A DNA stretch of 64,000 nt from Ginglymostoma cirratum. Its lineage: Eukaryota. The stretch spans positions 16,097,451 to 16,161,450 of the forward strand of contig JAHRHZ010000283.1 of the NCBI GenBank assembly GCA_024137785.1, read 5' to 3'. Both the position numbers and the translations under genes were made by a program. Below are positions 1-11,989 of the stretch, piece by piece; position 1 is the first letter of the stretch, and each line of letters starts with the position of its first letter. The notes beneath the pieces are model-generated. The model had not been told where the DNA came from, ran no database searches, and worked only from the letters and a program-made list of their open reading frames with translations.

Positions 1-559
1 CCTTGCCAGTGTCACCAACACACTGGGTCCAAATGCCTTTAAAATGACCCCATCATTTCATCAGCAAATGCATCTTTTAATGATTATCTCATCAATTTGC
101 TCATATGTTCCTGATATGTATGGTGTAAACCTTTCGGCAATATTTGATCTACTGACGTTAACTGTTTTCCTTTGTCTTTTTGTAGTGAAGCTTGCGGGCT
201 GTGATGCTTTTCGTGTTTTGCCTACCTCTTTGCATTGACTGTGGGTTGCTATGGCTATTGCCAGGGAAGATCTGCACGGTAAAGCAGTTCTAGTATCAGA
301 GGCAGGTGAGAATGTATGATCGGCTGGTAGTCTTAGCATCAAACTGTGAGTCCATACTTGTGTTCGACTTTAAATCCTAAAATGTTTGCCAGTTAACTTT
401 AGGGTTTCCTTGAATGTTTTTCTGATAACCATAAAGGAATGTCATAAATTCAGTCTCTCTTTCCAGGACTGAGGTTACAACAATTCAGATTTACATGTAA
501 AATAAATTACCGTCAAATGCAAAAAATGTGAAAACAGAAATATTTTTAGTTTCACAGTA

Positions 560-763
560 TATAATTATATTGTCAAGATACAAAAGTGAAGGGTATTGCA
601 TGATTAAGTACCTCGAACACTATTAAAGAGAGGCTGCTGGGACACTGAGTTCGTACGTGTGAAGCAGATGTATGAATTCTGTTTGCTGTAAATAAACCTA
701 CTTTAAATAAAAGTGTTTGCATCTAGTTTCATGCTTCAACACCTACTTTGGAATCAAACTAAC
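560..763 (+). mobile_element. Possible solo LTR
   Basis: TATA-like TATTAAA, two downstream AATAAA and an end in ...AACA, the usual layout of a short LTR. No partner LTR or TSD was found. Confidence 0.3.
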
Positions 764-784
764 ATAGCAGACATAAGCAGGATG

Positions 785-1555
785 CATAAAAACATATGAA
801 TTCAGAACAGGGCAGGCTATTTGTCGCTGTAAACCTGATGCCTAATCTAACTCAGAGATAGTGAGAACTGCCGGTGCTGGAGTCATGGATAACACAGTGT
901 GAAGCTGGAGGAACACAGCAGGCCAGGCAGCATCAGGGGAGCAGGAAAGCTGACGTTTCAGGTCGGGGCCCTAACGGACTTCAATTCCACTTTCCTGCCT
1001 ATCCCTTATATGGATTGACTTAGTTGTTCATTAAGAATCTGCCTTGAAAACATATGATGACACTATTTCTGGGCAAGAGAGTTCAATAGGCTCACAATCC
1101 TCTGAAAGAAGATAAAGTTCTCCTTGTGTCCATCTTAAATGCAAACATACCTAATTTTTAAATTATATCCCCGTGTTCTACTCCTTGCCACCAAAGGGAA
1201 GATCCTTTCAGCATTCATCCTGCCAAGTCTCCTCAGAATCTCATACTTCAATAAGGTCACCCCTCATTCCTTTAAACTCCAATGGATACAGAACAGCTTG
1301 TCCAATTTTTCTCATGTGATAACATTTCCATCCCAGCAATCAGTTAGAGAGAACTGTCTCTGAACTGCTCCTAAAGCAATAACATCCTTTTTAAGTAAGG
1401 AGGGAAAACTGTAGACAATTTTTCTGATGTGATCTTGCCAATGCACAGTACAACTGTAATTTTTGTATTCCATTTTCCACGCAATAAACACCAACAATCT
1501 AGTTGCATCCCTAATCACTTTTGCATCTGCATAACAATATTTTGTGATTCACCAT
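785..1555 (-). mobile_element. CR1-type LINE 3' fragment, interrupted by a Penelope-derived insert
   Basis: The reverse complement resembles the CR1 ORF2 C-terminus and 3' UTR of the better preserved copy at 19.0-19.5 kb. Confidence 0.7.
855..972 (-). mobile_element. Penelope-derived short insert with a truncated hammerhead
   Basis: GCTGGAGGAACACAGCAGGCCAGGCAGCATC...GAAAGCTGACGTTTC is homologous to the termini of the Penelope copy at 57938-58518. Confidence 0.75.
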
Positions 1556-2827
1556 GACTGGTGAGCTGTAAATTGAAAAGCAACTGGACATGACCAGCAA
1601 ATCTTTGGGATTCATGCAAGATTGAATGTTGTTTGTCCATCCTTAAAGCAGTAAGACCCAGCATCAGCAATCCTCTATCAATTCATATAATAAAAGGCTA
1701 TATAATTTAAATTAAGAATGAAACCAAAGATCACATGGGTTAGTATAGATGGAAGCTGTTTTCACATTGTAGTGTATATGTCACTCCCTAACAAAACAGA
1801 TGGATGTTGTCAGTGGACATGCGAGAAATGCAAGTTGTGAAGGCCTTGAACCAAGAACCCTCAAAAGTAAAATAAAAGGCTTGCTAGAGTTGAACAATAA
1901 TGATGCATTATTGCAGGTGCTGTATCTCATAAAACAGCTGGGTTGAGTTCAGTTATTTAGCTTGTAGATTAAAATTGATAATTCCAGATTTCTACTCCAA
2001 AATCTTCACACAGGGAGGGGTTTCAAGCAGTAATTTTGCAGAACCTTGCAAAGTTCCAAGTCAGGATAGTGTGGGGTTTGGAGGAGAACTTGTAGGTCAT
2101 CGATTCTCATTACTGTGCTGCCCCTCTCCTTTTAGATGGTTGAGAGCATGAGTTTTGAAGCTGCTGTTGGAGAATCCTTGGTGAGTTACTGCAGTGCACA
2201 CTCTAGATGATCCACACAGTGCCAATGTGCATCAAAAGGAGTCAATATAGAAGATGGTTGATGTGGTGATAATCAAGTAGTCTGTTTTGTCCTGGACGGT
2301 GTCAAACTTCTTCAGTGTTATTGGAGTTGCATTCATCCAGGAAAGTGGAAGGCATTACATCGCGCTCCTGACTTGTGCTTTGTCGATGGTGGACAGGCTC
2401 TGAGGAGTCAGGAGGTGAGCTACTTGCTACTTGTTACCAGCCTCTGATCTGCTCTTGTAGCCATAATATTTTTATAGCCGAACTGGTTTACCTTCTGGTC
2501 AACAGTAACTTCCAGCATGTTGGTCGTGGGAGACTCAGTGATAGGAATATCATCAAGAGCAATGGTTAGATTCTCTCCAGTTGGAGGTGGTCATTGTCTG
2601 GCAGTTGTAGAATGATAGTTGCTTATCATTTTGTAATCTAAGCTTGGATGTAGTCCAGGTCTTGAAGCATATAGATATGGACTGCTTCTGCAGTTGAGGA
2701 GCTTAGAATGCTGCTGAACATGGTGCAATCATCAGCGAACATCCCCACTTCTGACCCTATGGTGGATGGAAGGTCATTGAAACAGCTGAAAACGGTTATG
2801 CCTAGGATGCAACTCTGAAGAACTGGG

Positions 2828-2937
2828 GTCGTTGTGGTGCAGTGGTAGTGTCCTTACCTCTGAGGCTGGAGCCTAAATTCAAGTTCCCAGGGCTCTAAAG
2901 GTGTCCTAACATCTCTGAACAAGTTGGTCAGAAAATA
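2828..2937 (+). mobile_element. Short (~110 bp) tRNA-derived SINE
   Basis: TGGTGCAGTGGTAGTGTCC (A-box-like)...TTCAAGT...AACATCTCTGAACAAGTTG; related copies lie at 11000, 32895 and 38750. Confidence 0.75.
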
Positions 2938-4321
2938 CCTATCCTGAGGAACTCCTGCCGAACTAGCCTAGGGCTCAGATGATTGACTTACAATGACCAC
3001 AACTATCTTACAAATGTAGGTAAGAGTTTTCCAATTCATTCTCTTCTGTGACTCCAGTTTTATAAGGATCCTTGATACCACACTTGTTTGAATGCTGCCT
3101 TGAAGTCAAGGGCAGTCACTCTCACCTTCCATCGGAAATTCAGCTGTTTTGTCCATGTTTTGACAACAGTAATAATGAGGTCAAAACCAAACTGAGCATC
3201 AATGAACAGATAATTCCTTTCCAAGTGCCACTAAATACCAGTGTGGACAATCCCTTCCATTACTTTGCTGATTATCAAGAGTAGACCGATGGGGCAGCAT
3301 TTGGCTGGATTGGGTATGTCTTGCTTTTTGTGACTAGGACATACTTCAACAATTGTCCACATTGTCAGTAGATGCCAGTGTTGGAAGTGAACTGGAACAG
3401 CTTGGCTAGTGCACAGCAGGTTCTGGAGCACAAGTCTTCGATACTATTACCAGAATCTTGTCAGAGACGATAGCTTTTGCAGTATCCAGTGTTTTCAATC
3501 TTTTCTTGCTGCCACGCAGAGTGAATCAAATTGGATGTGGACTAGCATCTGCAATGTTGCCAATCTCAGGAGAGGGTCTGGATGAATCATTTACTTTGCA
3601 CTTCTGACTGAAGACTGTTGCAAATCCTTCAGCCTTTTCTTTGGAACAAATGTGCTGGGCTGTTCCATCATTGAGAATGGGGATATTTGTGGAGCCTCTG
3701 CTCCAGTGAGTTTTAATTGTTCACCACCATTCACAACCAGATGAGGCAGGACTACAGAGCTTAGGTCTGATTCAGTGGTTGTAGAATCACTTATCCCTGT
3801 ATAGTGCACGTTGCTTATGCTGCTTGGCACACAAGTAGTCCTGTTACTGGCTCTCCAGGCTGACACGTCATTTTTAAGAATGCCTAATTCTGTTCCTGGC
3901 ATTCTCTCCTGCACTGTTCATTGATCTAGGCTAGATCTTTTGACTTAATAGCAATGGGCAGAGTGGGAGTTATTGCCAGGCTATGAAGTTACAGATTGGG
4001 TCAAATACAATTTTGCTGCTAATGGCCCACAGTGTCTCCTGGACTTTGAGTTGCTACATCTGCCTGAAGTTGGTCCAATTTAGCATGGTGTCAGTGCCAC
4101 ACAACACTATGGCGGATATTCTCAATATGAACATGAGTCTTAGTCACCGAAAGGACTGATGCAACTGTGAAAGTTCAGCGAGTGAGGTCAAGATCAAATA
4201 AGTTTTCTCTGTTGTTAGTTCTTTCACCAGCTGCAGCAGCAGACCCAGTCCAACAGCTATGTCCTCTAGAACTCTGCCAGGTCACTCAATAGTGCTGCTC
4301 CTAAGCCACTCTTCAGGATCC

Positions 4322-4679
4322 TAGAATCATAGAATTCCTGTGGAAATGTGGAAGCAGGCACATAGCCCATCAAGTGCACACTGACCCTCTAAAGAGCATC
4401 CCACCCAGACTCATCCCTCTACCTTATCCCTAGAACCCTGCATTTCCCATTGCTAATTCATCTAACCTACACATCCCTGGACAGTATGGGCAATTTAGCA
4501 TGGCCAATTCACTTAACGTTCACATCTTTGGACTGTGAAAGGAAGCCGCAGCACCTGGAGGAAACCCACGCAGACACAGGGGAGAGCGTGCAAAACTCCA
4601 TACAGACAGTCATCAGAGGATGGAATCGAACTTGGGCACTGTGAGGCAGCAGTGCTAGCCACTGAGCAACAGTGTCACC
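4322..4679 (-). mobile_element. HE1-type V-SINE
   Basis: Reverse complement has a tRNA head CAGTGGCTAGCACTGCTGCCTCACAG and V-domain GGGTTTCCTCCAGGTGC; six copies occur in the window. Confidence 0.9.
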
Positions 4680-5499
4680 TCGAATGGGTATTAAAGTACA
4701 TTCTGTGCCCTTGCTACCTTCTGTTTCCAAGTGTTGTTCAACTGATTCATCTGCAAAAAGGGGATCTTAATAGTAATCAGCAGGTTTTCTTGGCCATGTT
4801 TGACCCTGATGCCATGAGATTTCATGTGGTCTGGAGATGATGTTGAATAATCCTTCGAGAGACTCCCTTCTGACTGTACACCACTGACTATCTGGTGGGT
4901 CTGTCCAGTCGTTAGGACAGGACATGCTCAGGAATGGTGATGATGGTATCTGTGACTTAACTTACAAAGATTCTGTGAATACAGCTATGTCAGGCTAATA
5001 TTTGACTAGTGTGTGGAGCAACTCTCTCTCAAATTTGGCAGAAGATCAAATGGCATGTTCAGAAGGAGGACTTTGCAGAGTTGACAGTGCCGTGTTTGCC
5101 ATTTCAATTTGAAAGCCTGGGTGGATGCCAGCTCGTCAATCTAGTTTTATCCCCATGTGGCATTTGATTAATTTCAGTGGACAGCTGAGAGAGAACCAGG
5201 TGGCTGTATTCACAAATAGGTCACATCAGGTAAGGATAACAGACTTCCTTCCCTGAAGGGAATTAGAGAAACAGATGTTTCTTTTTCTCTCACGATAACC
5301 AACAGTGGCTACCTGGCCATTATGAGGCTAGCTTTAAATTCCAGAGTTTATTGAATTCAAATTTCACCATATGCCATGGCATGCTATGAACCAATGCCCC
5401 CAAAACATTAGAGCCTGGGATTCTGCATTACTAATCCAGTGACATTACCATTACATCCAACTTTATGTTCACCTTTCACGAATAATTTGGTTGCGCTTA

Positions 5500-6012
5500 G
5501 CTGCGATTAGCTGCGATATTACAGCCAGTTCTGGGTCCCACACTTTTAGGAAGGATATTAGTGCCTTGGAAAGAACACAGTGAGCTATGTGAAGAAATTA
5601 GAGAACATGAGTTGTTCGCTTTCAAGCAGTTTATCTGAAGGGAAAACTTTATAGGGGCATTGAAAGTTATGATGAGTTTTGATACAAGTGCATAGGAAGA
5701 ATTGCTTCCATTAGGAGGGTCAGTATGCAAAAAAAAAGTTAAAATAACCAACTAAAGAACCAGAGAGGATATGAAGAGATTATTATCATATTACACAGCA
5801 GGATGTTATGAACTGGAATGCAGCACCTCGGTGATTGAAGGAGATTCAATAGTAACTTTTAAAAAGGGAATTTAAGAACTACTTCGGAATGGAAATTAAT
5901 TGCAAGGATGTGGGAAAGAGCAGAGAATGGGCCGAACTGAATAGCTCTAATAAGGAGCGAGCACCGACGTAATGAGTCAATAGTCTCCTTCTGCGCTGCA
6001 TGAGTCTATGAA
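5500..6012 (+). mobile_element. Old CR1 LINE 3' fragment
   Basis: CAGTTCTGGGTCCCACAC (QFWSP-like) through a typical tail ...CCTTCTGCGCTGCATGAGTCTATGA. Confidence 0.7.
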
Positions 6013-6554
6013 ATTCCATTATATTACAGGCAAATTATGACACACTCAGTGCTTCACATATCTGTGTGTGGAGAATGTCACGGACATGTGGTTCTGAGAG
6101 ATCAGGACCCATGTTTGAGGATAATGATGTCTTCATGAAACTCATATCTGCTTCACTCAATGAGCTTTCCACATGCCCTCAATCAAGCAAAGCTCCTACT
6201 GATAGGTCACACAACATTAACCCTACATGGTCGTACTTACAAACAGTGAACAATACAGAGAACATACTAACACCATATTAAAGTGAGGAAACCAAGCACC
6301 TGCCTCTGAAATTACACTGTATACACTTGAGACAAAGGAAGCCATAACATGTTCTTTTTGTCAGGGGAGTGAGGTGTTAGGAAATAAAGTGCTATCTTTC
6401 ACAATGTTACCACCGAGGCAAAAAGTAAAAACAGATCCTTGGAAAATCATGAGGTGTAAACAGAAGGGTATGACCACTGAAATTGGTCATAAAATGCATA
6501 TCCTGTGTCAAACCAGAATGTAAACACAATCATAAAATGTTTAGAGGTATGCAA

Positions 6555-7317
6555 AAAAATTACTAGGAGATTTTATTTCAATATAATGTAGTCGTCATTG
6601 GCACCAAAAGAAACAACTTATCTAGAGCTTGACAAGATCTTGATTTTCATTCCATAATTTTTAATTGTGCAATTTCCAAATACCCTCTATAAACTGAGGT
6701 AAAAGTAGGTAAACTTAAAGAAACTATAATAAAGAAAGTACTATAAATTAAAACAGCAATAAATCCAGATATGAAATCTTTCCCCACTCTAAGTGGCTAT
6801 TTTTGACTATTTTTGTTAAAAAAAATTCAAAAAATGTAAATAACGCTGGAGTTTGAAGCAGTTATAATTAACTTGCATTTATCAGTCAATAAGTTTCATT
6901 ATAGTTGAATGCAAAAACATTTTCTCCACAAGCGAAAGTAATTTGATTTAACAAGTGTAGTGGAAGAAGCTGGTGCACACTATTATTACGGAAGCAATGT
7001 CATACTTGGTTTGATATTTGACTTTCATAGGGACAGCACTTGGAAAATTTCTTTTGGAACTCAATTTTACCCATTGGTTCTGATTTGCAAAACAGATCAG
7101 CAATCTCACTTGTCAATCCCTTCACTTAAAAGCTGAGAGAGTGGGACATCACTACAGTCATTTCCAGTGGTGAAACACAGAGATTTCCAAAAGCACCATA
7201 AACAGGTTGCTACTATGTACATCAGCTGCTCACTCAAGTGCTTTTCTACTGCCTCAGTTTGGAGGTGTGCCACAAACATGTTCAGCTCACTCTCGACCTT
7301 GAATTACGGGGAAGTTT
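6555..7317 (-). other. Candidate 3'-terminal exon of a minus-strand transcript
   Basis: Acceptor TTCTGCCTTTTTCTTTCATGCAG| at 7318/7317, early stops in all three frames, a non-repetitive AT-rich body and AATAAA at 6572-6577 (minus). Confidence 0.3.
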
Positions 7318-8639
7318 CTGCATGAAAGAAAAAGGCAGAAGTACTTCCCTCTTTATAAAAATTAAGAATATTTTATGAATGTGAACACTTTCCCATGCTT
7401 TAGTTAGTTCTGAGGCCAGAAAACAATAGCTTCTCTATGCATGAATTTACCAGCAAGTCTGTGAAAATGATAAACTGCTTTCCCAACAGTATGTTCACCA
7501 CAGACATCTCAGGACATGATCACATGAATAGCACTGTCCTCATCACACCAGGTGTGAATATTTCCTAGCTGGCAAAAGTAAGGTAAGAAATTCCCAGGGC
7601 TCCTTGTCATAGTGAAGACCTCTGCAAAGTCCACTTCACTGATCCCATCACCAACAGCCCGACTCCTGTGACTTTTAAACTTAAAATCACCTCGCGTCTT
7701 TTTAAAAATATAACGCTTCAACGTAACTAAGACTTGAACCAGTTTTTCACAAAATTGATCCAGGATTTTGTTATGTTGAAGCGTGTTTTTCAGGAAACTG
7801 GTCAAAGAAAACTTGAAGTGAGACAGGCATACAAGCTAACTTAGTTGTATCTAAATGCTTTGGCATGTCACAGTTGCATTATTCTCTGCCTCATATTTCT
7901 AAATGAACAGTTGTCGCCAACTTGATAAGGTGCTGACACTATATTAAGTGGCAGATGGTGCGAGTTTGCCTCCAGGGTGTTTTACCTGATGTGGCAATTC
8001 TTATATTATTCCCTGTAACATAAACTAGCTGTGGATGTCATTGGATTTTTTCAAAACAACAGACATTTTATTCGTGCTCACTATTATGCACTAACATTAT
8101 ATTCCTCAGACGCCGAAGTGCCTATGCTAATAGTGGGCTGACAGATTACAAAAAAGGAACATGTTTTCAATAATGTGTCATGCTTAAAGCAATGCCTGTG
8201 CAGGATGGAGTATGATACTCTCAGGTCATACATTATGATACAAGAATGATATTAGCATGTCCCTATAATGTATACTAACAAACTGACCATGAGATACAAC
8301 ATGTGTTTTCTCAAACATTAAACATTTCTTTCAAACAGATAGGTATGGTTTTACAAAGCCATGTAATACCAATTGAATGATTCAAACAACAGGTAAAGAG
8401 CTTACAATACTGACATTTCAGAGTTCATTGTAATTCTTCAGGAGTCTGCCAACTTCTCCTAATCTGGTGACCAGCTATATCTCTGAAAAGGTACAGATGG
8501 TTCACTATAACAATTTGTTTTCTATTTATCAATTTGGTTGTCTTTCTCCTGATTGCTGTCACTTAAAAGACACAATCAATGTTGGAGTGTTCTTCCTCAG
8601 TCTCTTTGGTCTGAGTTTGCTTCGGTTCCTTTACAATCT

Positions 8640-9870
8640 AGAACAATAATTAGCAATTACTTTGTATGATCTGGGTTGGTTGTCCATTTGAGAAACTTGT
8701 GTTGGTATTCAAGTATTGTATTGTTACTGGCATTCCTAACTTGCACACATGATCAGGTTTAGCAATTGTCTACCCCCTCACTTGTTGAATACCTCTTACG
8801 TTCTCCTCTGTCTTCAAAGAAGAATATCCTGTGTCTTGGAATAGTGAGAAAACGGATTCTGGGCAAGATCAGCCGCATTTGCCTTCTGAGCAGAAGTTGT
8901 GCTGGGGATGGTAATCTCTTCTCCATTGGTGTTGCGCACAAGTATTGAAATGGAATGGTGAAAATCTTGCTTTATTGTTCAACATTTAATGATCACTGAT
9001 TCAACAATAATATACCGTTAGTTCTACTTGCCTGCTTAAACATAGTAGAGGGATGACTGTGGATATGTTGTGGATTGCTCTCTACTTAGCATACATACCT
9101 TTACACAGCTTGCCAGTGCCCTGCGATCTGTTGTCAGACACTGTCATATTTGGTACGCTGAATAAACTGAAAGTAGTGCTGATTAGGTCACTGAGTGTTG
9201 TGATCGCTGTGTGGCTAAGTCATTGAACATTGGGAAATTTAGAGAAGTAATCAATTAGCAGGAATGTAGCTTTCCCTATGCACTGTGTTCGGGTTTGTTG
9301 CGATTTTGATCCAAGGAATGCATTGAACATTGTGTGGGTTCAGAGTTGCCTCCACTGCTAGAGTTAATACATTTGGCATAGCTGACATGCATTTAAGAAT
9401 CATGAAATATTCTGATTCATTCCTGGTTAGTACATGTGCTAACCATCTTGTGCATTCAACACTCTTATGTCCCTGGTATAACATGGACATGATATCTCGA
9501 CATAATGCGCACAGCATCAGGATTTGCTTCTGCTCGAAAATGATTGAGACATTGCAAGTTCATCTCCATCTTCTCAGGTATTTTAGCACTGTGAGGCTAT
9601 TCCCGGATAATGAACTTCTGTGATTCTGGTTCTTATTCGTCTTTAATGGTTGATGATTGCAACTGTTCATATTGGGTCTGGCCAAACCGACCAACCTTAA
9701 AGGCCTTTGGAAGTCAAGAACATTGAGGTGTCGATGAAGAGGAATATCTCGGTCTTTGTGTGGATTGGGTAATCTGCTCAGAGTACTGGTTTGGTGTCCG
9801 GTTTATACCGCATTTCAAAGTCTCATCCTAGGAGACTGTCAGCTGGCTTAATTGTGTCATGCGTGGCCAG
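8640..9870 (-). mobile_element. Decayed Ty3/Gypsy pol fragment (RNase H end to integrase)
   Basis: Minus-strand translations include DFEMRYKP..LSRLPNP, DIMSMLYQGHKSVECTRWLA (integrase Zn-finger region), PHNVQCIPWIKIA, DYFSKFP, VSDN and ATPMEKRLPSPAQLLLRRQMR, with many stops and frameshifts. Confidence 0.85.
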
Positions 9871-9989
9871 TTCTGGCAGTGGCTGAGGTTGGAATCTCAT
9901 GAATTGCGACTGGACGGAGGTCTGGGCACACATGCAGTCTGCCACCACCAAACTATTGGTATTTGGCAGGTGGAAGACTTTAGGAAGTC

Positions 9990-10160
9990 ACTGCTATTTT
10001 ACCTGATGTTATCTCCCATAGTCAAGGCCGAGGTAGACAGAATTTTAATCTAAAAGGGGATCAAGCGTTTTAGGGGAAAAGGCAGGAAAGTGGAGTTGAG
10101 ATGATCTCATTGACCATGATGGGCTGAATGGTCTCCTTCTGCTCCGATGTCTTATCATAA
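9990..10160 (+). mobile_element. CR1 3' tail fragment
   Basis: TCAAGGCCGAGGTAGACAG...GGCAGGAAAGTGGAGTTGAG...CCTTCTGCTCC matches the tail at 19370-19518. Confidence 0.75.
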
Positions 10161-10999
10161 TGAGCTAGAAACCTTAATTTTTCTGGACACCTGCAACTCT
10201 TAAATGCATTCTCAAAATATTTGAACAAAATGCGTTTGGATAGCTCCATTAATGCATAAAAGCTTCCCAGGAAGATACAGTCAATCAGACAAGTATTATG
10301 ATCGAGTGGCTTTAATTGTTATCAGGCAATGTCCAGCTAGTTTGATCATATTTTTTAAAGTTTGTTGGTGAAGTAATCTTTCACTAAAACATACGCACAG
10401 ATTGCTATAGTCTTTGCTTTATCAATTATAAAAAACAGAAGATCATTAACAACAGAAATGAAGACAAACAAGGAACAAAAGAACACTTTATTCCCTTAGA
10501 ACACGGATTCAAAGATTTTTTTTCCCCAAGTACTCTTTATATAGCGAGCAGAAACAACAGCTTTGTATTGGAATCGGGACACCCTGGTACAATGTTTACA
10601 AACATTGTTGCAATTCTAAGAACATCTACTACTGTAGCTCATGCAAAATCTAGTCCACTCCAAGGGAGGGAGACTTTTTAAAAATATTTTGATGGGCTTG
10701 AAGTAATTAAAATTTCAACTAATTTGCTGGAACTGTAGATTACGGTCCCCTAATTATTATTAACACTCCTGACTCAGCTTCCTTCCAGCATTATACTGTC
10801 CCTGATGGAGCTTTAATTCCTTTTCTCTCTCTTTATTTTAAACTTTACTTCTTTTCTACAAAGATAACAAAGGCTGTGGCATCTCTCTCATTCTCAGGCC
10901 TTCACTTAGGCTGAGTCCAGCAACTACAGTAGGGTCGGTCAGGATTTCAGTCAAATCATTATCCATCCTCTTTCTCTCCAGGATTTCATTAAATGGCTC

Positions 11000-11110
11000 T
11001 CTCGTAGCACAGTGTTAGTGCCCCTACCCCTGAACTGGGAGGCCTGGGTTCAAGTCCCACCTGCTCCAGAAGCATGTCATAACATCTCTGAACAGGTTGA
11101 TTAGAAAAAT
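11000..11110 (+). mobile_element. Short tRNA-derived SINE
   Basis: GGGTTCAAGTCCCACCTGCTCCAGA...AACATCTCTGAACAGGTTGATTAGAAAA with a B-box-like GGTTCAAGTCC. Confidence 0.8.
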
Positions 11111-11191
11111 AGGCTAATGACAAAAAAAAAGTCTAGCCCTGTATTATCCAGGAAAGGTAAGTACTAAGCTTGATGAGAACTGCAGACTCAC

Positions 11192-11229
11192 TTCTTCCAA
11201 AATCCTGATCCACTCTACATGAAGATATA
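11192..11229 (-). other. Candidate 38-nt exon
   Basis: TTATTTTGTTCAG|TATATC...GGAAGAA|GTGAGT; two frames are open. Confidence 0.3.
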
Positions 11230-11989
11230 CTGAACAAAATAAGTCAGTTGGTTGGCAAGACATTTGAAAATCAGATAAGAAAGTAAAGTACACAGAGCTG
11301 GATAACTAAAACAAGCAGAGAAGTGCAAATGTGAGTTAAGATAAGTGATATTCTTATAGATCGAAAGAATGCCCGCTGGCAGGCTGCAATCTAAAATACT
11401 TGAAAATATTTTCCGACATTTTGTTTTTTTCTATTAAAAATATCACAAACACACAACATGCTGAGTTATTCAACTGAACGTTAATTAGCAGTCAGCCTGA
11501 AGTCATGTTATTTCTGGAGGGTTTTTCTTTCGCTCAACAAAACCTCACAGACGTTCCTGTCATCCTCCACTCTCAATTTTTCAAAAGTACTAATTGCATT
11601 TAAAATGTGGAATAATGGTGCAGGGAGCGAGGTGACGGACTGATTCCCACGGAAACTGTCATAATAACACCTCTTGTAAGGTAATACTCTAATTAATATT
11701 TAGCTGAAAAATAACAGTGCTAGTTTATCATTAGTTTGCCAGTGACAACAGCTGCAGTTGTCACTTGTTCCGAGCTGGGACAGATTATTTGCGGCAATTT
11801 ATTTTTTTCCTTTGGGATATTCACATCACTAGTAAGGCCAGCATTTGTTGCCCATCCCTAATGGCCCTGTAGAAGTTAGTGTTGAGTTGCCTTCTTGAAC
11901 CTTCAGTGTAGTTAAGAGCAATTTCACAGATGTGGGACTTTGGTTGGCTGTTCTTACCATTTTTGCCTTATCCAACTTGGTAAATGAGT

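Larger units (their letters stand above)
2040..5455 (-). mobile_element. Decayed near-full-length CR1-like LINE (APE + RT) with a tRNA-SINE-like 5' head
   Basis: The minus strand encodes EVGMFADDCTMFS (RT motif C) near 2720-2750. The sequence is collinear with the plus copy at 49.2-50.8 kb, and 5190-5455 matches the SINE head and body at 29.4-30.1 kb. It is interrupted by SINEs at 2828 and 4322. Confidence 0.8.

Noticed and set aside
61-342. 93-aa ORF or possible retroelement integrase tail
   Set aside because: Only a weak resemblance (GVILKAFGP) and no diagnostic motif; it cannot be assigned.
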